A DNA stretch of 64,000 nucleotides from contig JAHJRE010000139.1 in the NCBI GenBank assembly GCA_018831055.1, positions 38,380-102,379 of the forward strand, read 5' to 3'. How positions within the stretch are numbered: position 1 is the stretch's first letter; every line of letters starts with the position of its first letter. The translations under genes and the position numbers were made by a program. The notes below the pieces were generated by a model. It worked only from the letters and a program-made list of their open reading frames with translations, was not told where the DNA came from and did no database searches. Below are positions 19,529-29,353 of this stretch, in pieces. Origin of the DNA: Bacteroidota bacterium. GTDB taxonomy: Bacteria > Bacteroidota > Bacteroidia > Bacteroidales > B18-G4.

Positions 19529-20440
19529 ATGATCGATACCATTAAAATCGGGACATTAAGGTGGCACCATATCCTGAGTCCCACGGAGGATGATCTGCAA
19601 TTCCTGAATGATACTTTTCATTTTCATCCCCTTGACCTGGAAGACTGCCGAAGTAAGATCAATCAGCGGCCAAAGATCGACATCTACGACGATTATTATT
19701 TTCTCATTCTTCATTTTCCGAGTTTTGATGAACCGGAACGATTTATCCGCACACGTGAGGTTAAGATTTTCTGGGGTGATGATTTTATTATTACCATCGG
19801 CAGTTCACATTGGGTAGTCACTGATATGTTCCTGAAGGTTAAAACCCAGGTGGAAAAGAAGGAAAGCCTGGATGTCGGAACCAGCGATGCCCTCCTTTAC
19901 CGTATTCTGGAGAGGTTAATGCGTGAATCCCTTGTACTGCTCAGGAAGGTAGGCCAGGAAGTTGACTTCCTGAATAGCCAGCTTTTCGATAAACGCGCGG
20001 TATTTACTATTGAACGCATCTCGATTACCCGTAAGAATATCATTCTTATGAACACGATCTTCAAACCCCAGCTTCCGTTGTTCCATAATTTCGAGACCGG
20101 GAAGATCGAGGGATTTGCGGAAAATATGGAGGATTACTGGGGTAATATCCTCGACTACTACCAGCGTATGTGGGATATGATTGAAGATTACCAGGAACTG
20201 ATTGAGGGCCTGTCGAAAACCTTCGACAGCCTGCAGGCAAACAAAACCAGCGAGATTATCAAGGTGCTGACTTTTTTCTCTTCCATTTTGCTTCCATTGA
20301 CTTTTATTACAGGACTTTACGGCATGAATATCGGCCTTCCTCTGCAAAATAACTCTAATTCATTTTTAGTGATTTTAGGGTTTATGATCGCGATCGTGAT
20401 AATAATGCTGTTTTATTTCAAGAAAAGGCGCTGGATATAA
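19529..20440 (+). CDS. corA: CorA family magnesium/cobalt transporter
   Basis: Two C-terminal TM helices carry the signature YGMN (GLYGMNIGLP). The 303-aa size fits CorA. Confidence 0.85.
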   Translation: MIDTIKIGTLRWHHILSPTEDDLQFLNDTFHFHPLDLEDCRSKINQRPKIDIYDDYYFLILHFPSFDEPERFIRTREVKIFWGDDFIITIGSSHWVVTDMFLKVKTQVEKKESLDVGTSDALLYRILERLMRESLVLLRKVGQEVDFLNSQLFDKRAVFTIERISITRKNIILMNTIFKPQLPLFHNFETGKIEGFAENMEDYWGNILDYYQRMWDMIEDYQELIEGLSKTFDSLQANKTSEIIKVLTFFSSILLPLTFITGLYGMNIGLPLQNNSNSFLVILGFMIAIVIIMLFYFKKRRWI

Positions 20441-20470
20441 AGCCTGTTATCTTTAAGTATCCTGAAACAA

Positions 20471-21541
20471 TCAATCATTCAAATATTCCGATTGTCTTCT
20501 GATCGATTCTTTATGAATTTGCTCCAGGATTTTTTTCAAAAATGATTCTTCCAGTCCGAGCAGTTTGCCTTGCCTTAGCCTGCTTTCCAGGACGTGCTCC
20601 CAGCGTTTAAGCTGGAGTATGTTCAGTTTCTGTGATTGTTTAATCATGGCTATTTCTTCAGCGATCCCGAACCTTTTGGCCAGAAGGTCAAGCAGTGAGG
20701 CGTCGATACGGTCGATTTGCCTGCGCAAGTCTTCCAGACGGTCGGGGGGAGTTGCCGCTGCTGACTGTTCCCCATATCGCAAACCGGATAATATCTCATC
20801 CAGCGTGGCAGGTGTGATTTGCTGCTGACGATCGGTCAGGGCCTGGTCGGGATCGTAATGAACCTCCACCATCAGGCCATCCATGCCCAGATCGAAGGCT
20901 GCCTGAGCGACTTCCCGGATATAATTCCGGGATCCTGCAATGTGACTCGGATCACAGATCATCGGCAGGGATGGCATACGCCTTCTAAGTTCTATTGGCA
21001 GTTCCCAGAGGGGATCATTGCGGAACCGGCTTTTGTCATATGAGTAAAAGCCCCTGTGTATGGCAACGATTTTCCGGATCCCTGCATGGTAAATCCTTTC
21101 CAGCGCACCTGTCCATAGCTCCGTATCAGGATATACGGGGTTTTTTATCAGAACAGGTATGTCTCTGTTTTCCAGGATGCCGGCAATCTCATTCATCATA
21201 AATGGATTTACAACCGTTCGGGCACCTATCCATATCATGTCTATCCCCTGATCCAGGGCAAGGCGTATATGGTCCGGATGCCCGGCTTCCACCGTCGTAA
21301 GGAGCCCTGTGCTCTCTTTTACCTTTTTCATCCAGGGCAATCCTGCAGCACCTACTCCTTCGAACAATCCAGGATGGGTGCGTGGCTTCCATAAACCTGC
21401 CCTGAAGACACCAACCTTGCCTGAACGGGATAGTTCTTCCGCGGTCTTCAAAACCTGGTATTCCGTCTCTGCAGAGCAGGGACCGGCTATGATCAAGGGG
21501 CCCGGACAGGTGCACCATGCAGCGGTGGGTGAAAATTCCAT
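20471..21541 (-). CDS. Bifunctional 3-deoxy-7-phosphoheptulonate (DAHP) synthase / chorismate mutase type II
   Basis: ORF 20471..21565 opens with TTG; the likely start is ATG 21541 (MEFSP...). The N-terminal part is a KDO8P/DAHPS class I-beta barrel (IIAGPCSAE, GARTV). The C-terminal ~90 aa are chorismate mutase-like (LRRQIDRIDASLLDLLAKRF). Confidence 0.85.
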   Translation of the reverse strand: MEFSPTAAWCTCPGPLIIAGPCSAETEYQVLKTAEELSRSGKVGVFRAGLWKPRTHPGLFEGVGAAGLPWMKKVKESTGLLTTVEAGHPDHIRLALDQGIDMIWIGARTVVNPFMMNEIAGILENRDIPVLIKNPVYPDTELWTGALERIYHAGIRKIVAIHRGFYSYDKSRFRNDPLWELPIELRRRMPSLPMICDPSHIAGSRNYIREVAQAAFDLGMDGLMVEVHYDPDQALTDRQQQITPATLDEILSGLRYGEQSAAATPPDRLEDLRRQIDRIDASLLDLLAKRFGIAEEIAMIKQSQKLNILQLKRWEHVLESRLRQGKLLGLEESFLKKILEQIHKESIRRQSEYLND

Positions 21542-21562
21542 CAGGAAATTGTTTTTCGATGT

Positions 21563-21570
21563 CAAAGGTA
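21563..21570 (-). promoter_or_regulatory. Bacteroidota -7 promoter box (TAnnTTTG on minus strand)
   Basis: CAAAGGTA on the plus strand reads TACCTTTG on the minus strand, 22 bp upstream of ATG 21541. Confidence 0.4.
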
Positions 21571-21630
21571 CTAAAGTGTAAAGACAAGGAGCAAATTTCC
21601 GGAATTCATTTCAGATAGTGTAAAAAGGTT

Positions 21631-21638
21631 TATTTTTG
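21631..21638 (+). promoter_or_regulatory. Bacteroidota -7 promoter box (TAnnTTTG)
   Basis: TATTTTTG lies 27 bp upstream of the asnS ATG at 21665. Confidence 0.45.
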
Positions 21639-21664
21639 CAGGAAACCAAACACAATATTCCTTT

Positions 21665-23116
21665 ATGGATAAGCTGAAAAGATTTGATATTAAGGCGCTT
21701 CTGGCATCAAAAGACATCAACCGGCCGGTTCTTGTCAAGGGTTGGGTAAGGACCAAACGCAGCAGTAAAAACGTTGCATTCATTGCTATGAACGATGGCA
21801 CCACCATTCATAATCTGCAGATAGTAGTCGACCTTGAAAAGATACCGGAATCGCTGCTTTCCGATATACAGACGGGCGCTGCCCTGTCGGTATACGGACA
21901 ACTGGTACAATCGGCAGGAAGCGGCCAGCCTGTGGAGGTGAATGCCGAGGAAGTGACCATCCTGGGGAAAGCCGACCCCGACGAATACCCCCTGCAACCA
22001 AAAAAACATTCGCTTGAGTTTCTCAGGGAAAAGGCACATCTGCGTTTCCGGACTTCCACCTTCGGCGCCATCACCCGGATACGGCACGCCATGATCTTTG
22101 CCATTCATAAGTTTTTTAACGATAAGGGATTTTATAATATCCACACTCCCATCATCACCGGATCGGATGCTGAAGGCGCAGGGGAAATGTTCAGGGTTAC
22201 CGTGCTGGATGCTAAAAATCCTCCCCTCGATGAATCCGGAAAGGTTGATTTCAATGAGGATTTTTTCGGCAAGGAGACTAACCTGACAGTATCCGGTCAG
22301 CTTGAAGCAGAACTGGCTGCACTGGCCATGTCGAATGTTTATACCTTCGGACCAACCTTCCGCGCAGAGAATTCAAATACCTCCAGGCATCTGGCCGAAT
22401 TCTGGATGATAGAACCCGAAATGGCCTTCTATGATATCCACGATGACATGGACCTGGCAGAAGAGATGCTGAAGTACCTGATTCAGTATGCCTTGGATCA
22501 TTGTCGCGACGATCTGGATTTCCTGAATAAACGCTTCCTGGAAGAAGAATCCAAAAAGAAACAGGAAGAACGCTCGGAAATGGACCTGATCCAAAGGTTG
22601 GAGTTCGTGATGAAAAATCCCTTTGAAAGAATTACCTATACACAGGCATTTGAGATCCTGAGAGATTCAAAACCAAATAAAAAAGGGAAGTTCCAGTATC
22701 CCGTCGAAAAATGGGGTGTGGATATGCAATCGGAACACGAAAGATATCTCGTTGAAAAGCATTTTGGCAGACCTGTGATCGTTACGGATTATCCAATGGA
22801 GATCAAGGCATTTTATATGAAACAAAATGATGATGGTAAGACGGTCAGGGCCATGGATGTGCTATTCCCCCAGATCGGTGAGATCATCGGTGGATCACAA
22901 CGCGAGGAGGTTTACGATAAGCTTTTAAAGCGTATCCACGAAATGAGTATTGATGAGAAAACACTTTGGTGGTACCTTGAAACCAGAAAATTCGGGACAG
23001 TGCCTCACAGTGGTTTCGGACTGGGATTCGAGCGTCTTATGCTTTTTGTAACCGGAATGGGGAATATTCGTGATGTAATTCCTTTTCCGCGTACTCCAAA
23101 GAATGCGGAGTTTTAA
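21665..23116 (+). CDS. asnS: Asparagine--tRNA ligase
   Basis: A class IIb aaRS with an N-terminal OB anticodon-binding domain ([22 protein letters not shown]). Motif 2/3 blocks are [21 protein letters not shown] and GFGLGFERL. Confidence 0.9.
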   Translation: MDKLKRFDIKALLASKDINRPVLVKGWVRTKRSSKNVAFIAMNDGTTIHNLQIVVDLEKIPESLLSDIQTGAALSVYGQLVQSAGSGQPVEVNAEEVTILGKADPDEYPLQPKKHSLEFLREKAHLRFRTSTFGAITRIRHAMIFAIHKFFNDKGFYNIHTPIITGSDAEGAGEMFRVTVLDAKNPPLDESGKVDFNEDFFGKETNLTVSGQLEAELAALAMSNVYTFGPTFRAENSNTSRHLAEFWMIEPEMAFYDIHDDMDLAEEMLKYLIQYALDHCRDDLDFLNKRFLEEESKKKQEERSEMDLIQRLEFVMKNPFERITYTQAFEILRDSKPNKKGKFQYPVEKWGVDMQSEHERYLVEKHFGRPVIVTDYPMEIKAFYMKQNDDGKTVRAMDVLFPQIGEIIGGSQREEVYDKLLKRIHEMSIDEKTLWWYLETRKFGTVPHSGFGLGFERLMLFVTGMGNIRDVIPFPRTPKNAEF

Positions 23117-23196
23117 TCTTATTTTCTAAACAGATTGTTTTTTCGTTCAATTAGTTGTAAATTTAGGATGCGGTTGTAAACAGGAATAAACTGATC

Positions 23197-24681
23197 ATGC
23201 TCAATCAAAGGCTACAACAAAAGCTTTTACAGAAACTTTCTCCTCAGCAGATATTGCTGATGAAGTTGTTACAGATACCCTCTGCTGTGCTGGATCAGAG
23301 AATTAAACAGGAAATTGAGGAAAATCCGGCTCTCGAAGAGTTCGGGGATAATGAAAACCTTCAGGCAGAAAGTAAGGCAGAAGAGCCGGTTGATCAGGAA
23401 GATACCGGAGGAGATGAGCTGGAAGACGTTTACGATGAAAGCGATGATGAATTTGATATTAATGATTATCTCGATGATGATGAGATTCCCCTGTACCGGC
23501 TGAGTTCTGATAATGCATCCCCCGATGATGAACATCGGGAAGTGCCAATGGCTTCAGGGGTAACATTTCAGGATTTCCTGATTGATCAGCTTGGTTTGCG
23601 CACTATGACCGAAAAACAAAGGCATATTGCCGAAACGCTGATCGGGAACCTGGATGACTCAGGATACTTAAATCGTGATGTAAGGGCTATGGTTGACGAC
23701 CTTGCCTTCTCACACAATATTCAGGCGAGCGTGGGAGAAATACTGGAAGTACTTTATATGATCCAGGAGTTTGACCCACCCGGGGTGGGTGCAAGGAATC
23801 TCAAGGAATGCCTGCTCATTCAACTCAGACGGATTGAAGACCCTTCGGATGACGTGTTAAATGCCATTAACATCCTGGAGCATAGTTTCAATGAGTTTAC
23901 CAAGAAACATTATGAGAAGATACTGAAGAGAACCAAATTTACAGATGAACAGCTTAAGGATGCAATCAATGAAATACTGAAGCTTAATCCAAAGCCCGGG
24001 AATTCCCTTTCTGAAACTACGAAGACCAACCATTATATCATTCCTGATTTCATTATCACCAATATCAATGGGGAACTGGAATTAACATTGAATTCCAGAA
24101 ATACACCTGAGCTTCGCGTAAACCGTTCTTATGTTGAAATGATGGAGACCTATGCGGAGAACAAAAATGATAAGAAAAGCAAGGATGCATTTCTGTTTGT
24201 GAAGCAGAAGATCGACTCCGCCAAGTGGTTCATGGAAGCTATCCGTCAACGGCAGCATACTTTGATGGTGACCATGCAGGCCATTATGGATTTTCAAAGA
24301 GATTATTTTCTTACAGGAGATGAGACCAAACTTAAACCCATGATCCTGAAAGATATTGCGGAGATTGTAAATATGGACATATCAACCATTTCCAGGGTGG
24401 CCAATAGCAAATACGTTCAAACCCCTTTTGGTACTTTTCTGCTTAAAAGCTTTTTTTCCGAATCCATGCAGATGGACAGCGGAGAAGAGGTGTCGACCCG
24501 GGAGATAAAGAAGATACTGTCGGATTGCATATTAGCTGAAAATAAAGTGAAACCCTATACCGATGATCAGCTTACGGCCATCCTGAAAGAAAAAGGTTAT
24601 AATATTGCAAGACGGACTGTGGCAAAGTACAGGGAGCAATTAAGCATTCCCGTTGCCCGGCTGAGAAAGGAGCTAAGCTGA
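23197..24681 (+). CDS. rpoN: RNA polymerase sigma-54 factor
   Basis: A Gln/Leu-rich region I (MLNQRLQQKLLQKLSPQQ) is followed by an acidic region II. A C-terminal HTH and the RpoN box (ARRTVAKYRE) complete the pattern. Confidence 0.9.
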   Translation: MLNQRLQQKLLQKLSPQQILLMKLLQIPSAVLDQRIKQEIEENPALEEFGDNENLQAESKAEEPVDQEDTGGDELEDVYDESDDEFDINDYLDDDEIPLYRLSSDNASPDDEHREVPMASGVTFQDFLIDQLGLRTMTEKQRHIAETLIGNLDDSGYLNRDVRAMVDDLAFSHNIQASVGEILEVLYMIQEFDPPGVGARNLKECLLIQLRRIEDPSDDVLNAINILEHSFNEFTKKHYEKILKRTKFTDEQLKDAINEILKLNPKPGNSLSETTKTNHYIIPDFIITNINGELELTLNSRNTPELRVNRSYVEMMETYAENKNDKKSKDAFLFVKQKIDSAKWFMEAIRQRQHTLMVTMQAIMDFQRDYFLTGDETKLKPMILKDIAEIVNMDISTISRVANSKYVQTPFGTFLLKSFFSESMQMDSGEEVSTREIKKILSDCILAENKVKPYTDDQLTAILKEKGYNIARRTVAKYREQLSIPVARLRKELS

Positions 24682-24734
24682 ATAATCAAGGGTATTATAC
24701 GATCGTTAACATTCTTCCTGATTAACTGAATCTT

Positions 24735-25346
24735 ATGGAATCAAAAGCAGCCAAAGTTATTTCTATAGTCTTCCAGCCATTGCTTATCCCCACATACGGA
24801 TTTATTGTCCTTTTAAACCTGAATGTGTTCTTTGCACTGGTATTACCTCCGGTGTCGAAATGGCTGATCATCGGAATGATTTTTACAACTACTTTTGTTT
24901 TTCCGCTCATATTCTTGCTGATCCTTTATTATCGTGGTGTTATCAAAACATTACACATGGAATCGAGGGAAGAGAGGATACTGCCTTTTATTCTCACCAT
25001 CGTATTTTATTATCTTACGTATTATCTGCTGAAAAACATGCAGATCTCTCCCATTTTCTATTATTTCCTGATCGGGACTTCACTCACGGCAGTCATTGCT
25101 CTCCTGGTGAACTTTTTCTGGAAAATAAGCATACATATGGTTGGGATCGGTGGAGTACTGGGAGCTTTTCTTGGCTTATCGCTGGTGCTGATGATCGATA
25201 TTCCCCTGGTTCTGATAATAATCACACTTATTTCGGGGCTGGTTGGATTTGCCCGTTTGCAGCTACACGCCCATACACCGGCACAGGTTTATGCAGGATT
25301 CCTGGCAGGTTTTACCATTATGCTTTGTCTGTTTTTGTTTATTTAG
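24735..25346 (+). CDS. Integral membrane protein, PAP2-like (degenerate phosphatase motifs)
   Basis: About six TM helices are predicted. The blocks ESREERILP, KISIHM and ARLQLHAHTPAQVYAG loosely resemble PAP2 motifs C1-C3. Confidence 0.45.
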   Translation: MESKAAKVISIVFQPLLIPTYGFIVLLNLNVFFALVLPPVSKWLIIGMIFTTTFVFPLIFLLILYYRGVIKTLHMESREERILPFILTIVFYYLTYYLLKNMQISPIFYYFLIGTSLTAVIALLVNFFWKISIHMVGIGGVLGAFLGLSLVLMIDIPLVLIIITLISGLVGFARLQLHAHTPAQVYAGFLAGFTIMLCLFLFI

Positions 25347-25375
25347 TACCAGGAAGAATGCCCTGCCGGCAATTG

Positions 25376-26038
25376 TTACCACGGTAGTATCATGATCCCG
25401 ACCGAAATAGGATAGAACTCCGGCCCTCTGTCTTCTCGGAAAACTGTTGAAAGCTGGTAATAGGCCCATACATTGATCCACCGGTATCCAACACGGAACG
25501 TTGGCCCGTAACGCCACGGCTCAATCTGTTTTACCCCAATGTTTTTATATTTAACAAGGGTGCCGTCGGTATTTGAAAGGTCTCCCTTATACTTTGTGTG
25601 GCTGCTGATCAGGTAACCGGCTTTAAAACCGGCTGCCATCCGAAACCCTTTCTTTGATTTGTAAGTGAACTCAAAGGGAATATCCAGGTATGTCAACGAT
25701 AGCTTGCTCTTTTTATAGTCGCGGGTAATGTTGGTGAAACTAATCGTATCGGCTTTAATATCCAGTATTTCACCATTACTATATAAGTTATGCATACCAA
25801 GCCCACCACCTATAGTCAGAAATAAGTGACTTTTCCCTAAACGATGGTTGTACTGGAATCCTACGTTCGATCCCTGGTTCATGAATCTTGCGTCCAAACC
25901 ATCGGGGACATCCATCCAGAAATCATTAAAAACAGCAACATTGATACCGAATTTCTGACGAGTGTCTTCACTGACAACCTGTGCCATCATCACAATTGAA
26001 GCCAGAAATAATACAAGGGTAAAAAGGGTCCTTTTCAT
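25376..26038 (-). CDS. Outer-membrane beta-barrel (porin-family) protein
   Basis: ORF 25376..26083; the likely start is ATG 26038 (MKRTLFTLVLFLASIVMMAQ signal peptide). Alternating amphipathic beta-strand patterns run through the protein, and the C-terminus is aromatic (ILPW). Confidence 0.55.
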   Translation of the reverse strand: MKRTLFTLVLFLASIVMMAQVVSEDTRQKFGINVAVFNDFWMDVPDGLDARFMNQGSNVGFQYNHRLGKSHLFLTIGGGLGMHNLYSNGEILDIKADTISFTNITRDYKKSKLSLTYLDIPFEFTYKSKKGFRMAAGFKAGYLISSHTKYKGDLSNTDGTLVKYKNIGVKQIEPWRYGPTFRVGYRWINVWAYYQLSTVFREDRGPEFYPISVGIMILPW

Positions 26039-26060
26039 GAGTAAATGGGTTTGTGAATCA

Positions 26061-26068
26061 CAAAAATA
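26061..26068 (-). promoter_or_regulatory. Bacteroidota -7 promoter box (TAnnTTTG on minus strand)
   Basis: CAAAAATA on the plus strand reads TATTTTTG on the minus strand, 23 bp upstream of ATG 26038. Confidence 0.4.
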
Positions 26069-26318
26069 ATATAATATCCTCATGTTATGGAAATATCATG
26101 CCAAAACTGCACATGGAGTCAATATATATTTAAATTTTTAGATAATACGTATTTTCCCCACCTGCAATCTGGCAGGTACGCAATTTCCACACCTGAATTA
26201 ATTCGTTGAGTATTATTGAAAACGGGTGATTTCCTCCGTTGACAAGGCGTGCTAATCTTTGTTACTTTGTTGTATCCGATTGTTGATAAAAACCAAACGG
26301 TAGCTAAAAATTTAAGCC

Positions 26319-26426
26319 ATGATTACGACAATGCTTTTTTTGTTCTTATTAATAATCTCAGCATACTTGAATGCTCAGAGCCTGGAAGAAAAAAATATTC
26401 CTTGTTTTATAATGCAAGACCGATAA
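26319..26426 (+). pseudogene. Orphan signal-peptide fragment (35 codons), probable gene remnant
   Basis: The ATG at 26319 gives MITTMLFLFLLIISAYLNAQSLEEKNIPCFIMQDR followed by a stop. This is a clean signal peptide plus cleavage-site-like AQS with no mature domain behind it. Confidence 0.3.
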
Positions 26427-26496
26427 ATTACGATTCCCCTACCAGGCCCATATATATTCCCGGCCCCGGATAACACTCGTTACTGGGGCTATTTTT

Positions 26497-26745
26497 TTAC
26501 CAGGGTTTTACAAAATCGGAAGGTTTGTACACATGGTTCCTGACAACAAGATAGCTGGCATTATCCATTTGAGTTCTTTTCAACGGATTTTGCATCAGAA
26601 AGCACTGAAGCCAGGCAATGGGTGTAACGATGAAGATATAAAGCAGTCCGAGTATTCCCGCCATAAGGATTAAACTGATCGCCGGTAATAACCAGAATTT
26701 CTTGCGTGTTCTCATGAAATCCCATAGATCTGTTATCTTTTCCAT
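26497..26745 (-). CDS. Small membrane protein of the carbamoyltransferase-associated SxtJ/SxtK(DUF5989)-like type
   Basis: 82 aa. The N-terminus LWDFMRTRKKFWLLPAISLILMAGILG resembles, from memory, DUF5989 proteins found beside NodU/CmcH carbamoyltransferases. It lies 17 bp downstream of the carbamoyltransferase-like gene. Confidence 0.45.
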   Translation of the reverse strand: MEKITDLWDFMRTRKKFWLLPAISLILMAGILGLLYIFIVTPIAWLQCFLMQNPLKRTQMDNASYLVVRNHVYKPSDFVKPW

Positions 26746-26761
26746 AATATTGAGTATTTAT

Positions 26762-27886
26762 TTATTGCATAGTAAGGTTGTTCTGGAGAATAGTCTTTTT
26801 CTGTTTGAAATAAATATAGTTGACTGCCAGGGCGGCTCCAATGGCAGCACAATCATCTGTGCAGCCATGCGGCATGTAAATATTCTTGAATATTTCTGTT
26901 TTTCCCAGGAACTCTATATCCAGGTCGCCGGTAAAAAGGTCCCCGGCAAGGCAAAGATTTACCGAACCGGTCAGGAGGCTTGATTCCCTGGCTAATTTCA
27001 CAATAATTTCTTCCCAGATGCCCTGCAAAGCCAACGCCAGATTGTAATGATGGGGTTTAAAGTCTTGCCCTGACCTTCTTCTTTCAAACCCCAATACCCC
27101 TTTCCAGGCCGATGCATTGATCCGGCTTAGTCCGGATACCGTCCTGAAAAATTTTCTGCTTAACGACAAACTGCCATCATCGGCTATATGAACCATTTCC
27201 GTCATGATGATTTTACGGAAATCCGCCGTTTGATCGGAATGAGATTTGCCTTCGGATGCCAGAGCCAGGAATTCTTTGTCCGCTGACAATGAAGGAAGCC
27301 CCAGATAATAACGGAAGGCTGCCCTGAGTATACCCAGTGAGTTTGGATAGCGCAGGTCCTTGATGATTTTGATGTTATTCTTATGTCCGTGGCATATCGA
27401 TGTTGTGGCCCATTCTCCTTGTCCGTCAATGATCAGGATGGCCGCCTCTTCAATGGGAGCAGGATAAAAAGTGGCAGCAGCAAGCGATAGATTGCATTCG
27501 CTGAAAAGTATCGGTGTTTTGTCGAGGTCTATATCACCCGATTTCTTTAATTGCTTTTTGATGAATGCTTTGGTGAACAGTTTTTCTCTGACCCTGACCG
27601 GCATCGTGGTTGCAAAACTGTAAACCCCTTTGGGAGCGTAAGCATAATACGTTTCAAGCTGCTTCTCCAGCTTCAGAAAGGGTTTTTCGAAAAAGACAAT
27701 AGCATCCAGCCCGGATGCCGGTATATTCGCCATAGCCAAACAATACTCTATGGCATTGACGGGGAAAGAGGTATCGTAAGGTATCCCGGAGAATGTCTCC
27801 TCCTTGGCTGAAACGGCAACTTGTCCGTCTTTTACCAGACATGCATTGGCATTGCTATAAAATGCTGATATTCCCAGGATATTCAT
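26762..27886 (-). CDS. Carbamoyltransferase (NodU/CmcH family) N-terminal domain only; truncated and divergent, possible pseudo-enzyme
   Basis: MNILGISAFYSNANACLVKDGQVAV aligns to the family N-terminus, where FYHDSAA is usual. CLAGD...AAIGAALAV is the end of the Kae1-like domain. The 374-aa ORF stops where the C-terminal (YrdC-like) domain of the longer full-length enzymes (~600 aa by recollection) should begin. Confidence 0.6.
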   Translation of the reverse strand: MNILGISAFYSNANACLVKDGQVAVSAKEETFSGIPYDTSFPVNAIEYCLAMANIPASGLDAIVFFEKPFLKLEKQLETYYAYAPKGVYSFATTMPVRVREKLFTKAFIKKQLKKSGDIDLDKTPILFSECNLSLAAATFYPAPIEEAAILIIDGQGEWATTSICHGHKNNIKIIKDLRYPNSLGILRAAFRYYLGLPSLSADKEFLALASEGKSHSDQTADFRKIIMTEMVHIADDGSLSLSRKFFRTVSGLSRINASAWKGVLGFERRRSGQDFKPHHYNLALALQGIWEEIIVKLARESSLLTGSVNLCLAGDLFTGDLDIEFLGKTEIFKNIYMPHGCTDDCAAIGAALAVNYIYFKQKKTILQNNLTMQ

Positions 27887-28007
27887 ATATTGGATGATAA
27901 CCGAATCAGTTAAATATACTTACACAATGACGCATGAGTCAATGTAAGATAAGTAAGCGGTAAGATGGAATCAGTTTCCGGTCGGGGGCTATACTCTTTG
28001 ACCGGAG

Positions 28008-28619
28008 CTATTTCAGCTTGTCGGCAAAGACTTTCCTGAGCTTTTCCAGCTTTGGTTTGATAACCAGTTGGCAGTAAGGTTGGGAGGTATTATCGTTGTA
28101 ATAGTTATGATGATAATCTTCCGCAGGATAAAAAACCTCCAAAGGTTTAATTTCTGTGACAATGGGAGCCCGGAAGGCACCCGATTCATCCAGTTTTTTC
28201 AGATAATGCTCCGCCAGCCTTTTCTGTTCAGGATTGTGATAGAAGATGACGGAACGGTATTGCGTACCCACGTCAGCTCCCTGCCGGTTAAGGGTCGTCG
28301 GGTCATGGGTTTGCCAGAACACCTCCAGCAATTCATCGTAGGAGATGATCTCCGGATTGTACACGATCTGCGCTACTTCAGCGTGACCGGTGGTTCCTGC
28401 ACAAACTTCCCTGTAAGAGGGATTTTTTATATCCCCTCCCGAATACCCGGGTTTAACCGATTCAACTCCTTTCAGCCTCTGAAAAACCGCCTCCACACAC
28501 CAAAAACAACCTGCACCAAACGTCGCCGTGTCGGCAGATGGCTCCGAAACCTTCGGGTTGCCCGCACTAATGCTTAATAGTATTATGGATGATATCATGG
28601 TAAGAAACACTCTTTTCAT
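28008..28619 (-). CDS. msrA: Peptide-methionine (S)-S-oxide reductase
   Basis: A signal peptide precedes the active-site motif GAGCFWCVE. The conserved blocks GHAEVAQIVY and GTQYRS are also present. Confidence 0.9.
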   Translation of the reverse strand: MKRVFLTMISSIILLSISAGNPKVSEPSADTATFGAGCFWCVEAVFQRLKGVESVKPGYSGGDIKNPSYREVCAGTTGHAEVAQIVYNPEIISYDELLEVFWQTHDPTTLNRQGADVGTQYRSVIFYHNPEQKRLAEHYLKKLDESGAFRAPIVTEIKPLEVFYPAEDYHHNYYNDNTSQPYCQLVIKPKLEKLRKVFADKLK

Positions 28620-28843
28620 TTTTCTGCTTCAACATCTGTTTATAATTATCCGCCTTAAAGCGTTTCTTACATAACGAACAAGCCCGCTCCGGTGTTCATT
28701 TCGTGGCTGAAAGATCCTTACCAGGAAAAAAAGAACGCTGAGCAGAGAGTTTCAAAATTAGTACCAAAGACCATATTGGTCGTATATTCAATGAATTACG
28801 AATAAAATTTGAGATCAAAAAAAAGACGTTTTTGTCCTATGGT

Positions 28844-28868
28844 GTTCACTTGCTGTACGGAAGTGAAC
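28844..28868 (-). terminator. Hairpin terminator candidate
   Basis: An 8-bp stem gttcactt / aagtgaac with a 9-nt loop starts 3 nt downstream (minus sense) of the stop at 28871. Confidence 0.35.
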
Positions 28869-28870
28869 TG

Positions 28871-29335
28871 TTATTGCATCAACACGCTTTGAACCGGATA
28901 CCAGAAAACACCAATCAGCAATGCCGTGAGCAAGGGCCGTATCATGTTTTTCCAGGTTGTGTTCTTCCTGGCAAAAATGTTGTATCCATGGTTAATAGCC
29001 GATTGTAACAGAAAAAGCAGAAAAGTAAGCACAAGGGTTACATTGGCCATAGGATTCCAATGGGCAAAATAAACAAGCAGAGCCATGAGGGCAAAGGATA
29101 AGAAGGCAAATCCCGTCTGTTTCTGGTAATCGCTGCCTTGCTCGTAACCGGTTGCTTCTGCGGCTTTTTTTGCGAACAGAAGTCCTTCGATGGCGGAAAA
29201 CCCCGCGATGGAACCAAGGATCCAGGGTGTCATGATGTGCAGGATCTCTTCGGGGGTATCTCCAAGGTAATATGCCAGGAATATGCCAAGTCCAGTTCCG
29301 ACGATTCTAAGGATTTCAAGGATTTTAATGATCAT
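28871..29335 (-). CDS. Hypothetical integral membrane protein
   Basis: 154 aa with about four hydrophobic helices. I recognise no motif. Confidence 0.5.
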   Translation of the reverse strand: MIIKILEILRIVGTGLGIFLAYYLGDTPEEILHIMTPWILGSIAGFSAIEGLLFAKKAAEATGYEQGSDYQKQTGFAFLSFALMALLVYFAHWNPMANVTLVLTFLLFLLQSAINHGYNIFARKNTTWKNMIRPLLTALLIGVFWYPVQSVLMQ

Positions 29336-29353
29336 GGGTATATGGTTTATGGG

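Noticed and set aside
26249-26473. 74-aa ORF in the gap between the porin-like gene and the small membrane protein
   Set aside because: It has no signal, motif or plausible start context. A different frame in the same DNA holds a cleaner signal-peptide remnant (26319-26426). I treat the region as decayed non-coding DNA.
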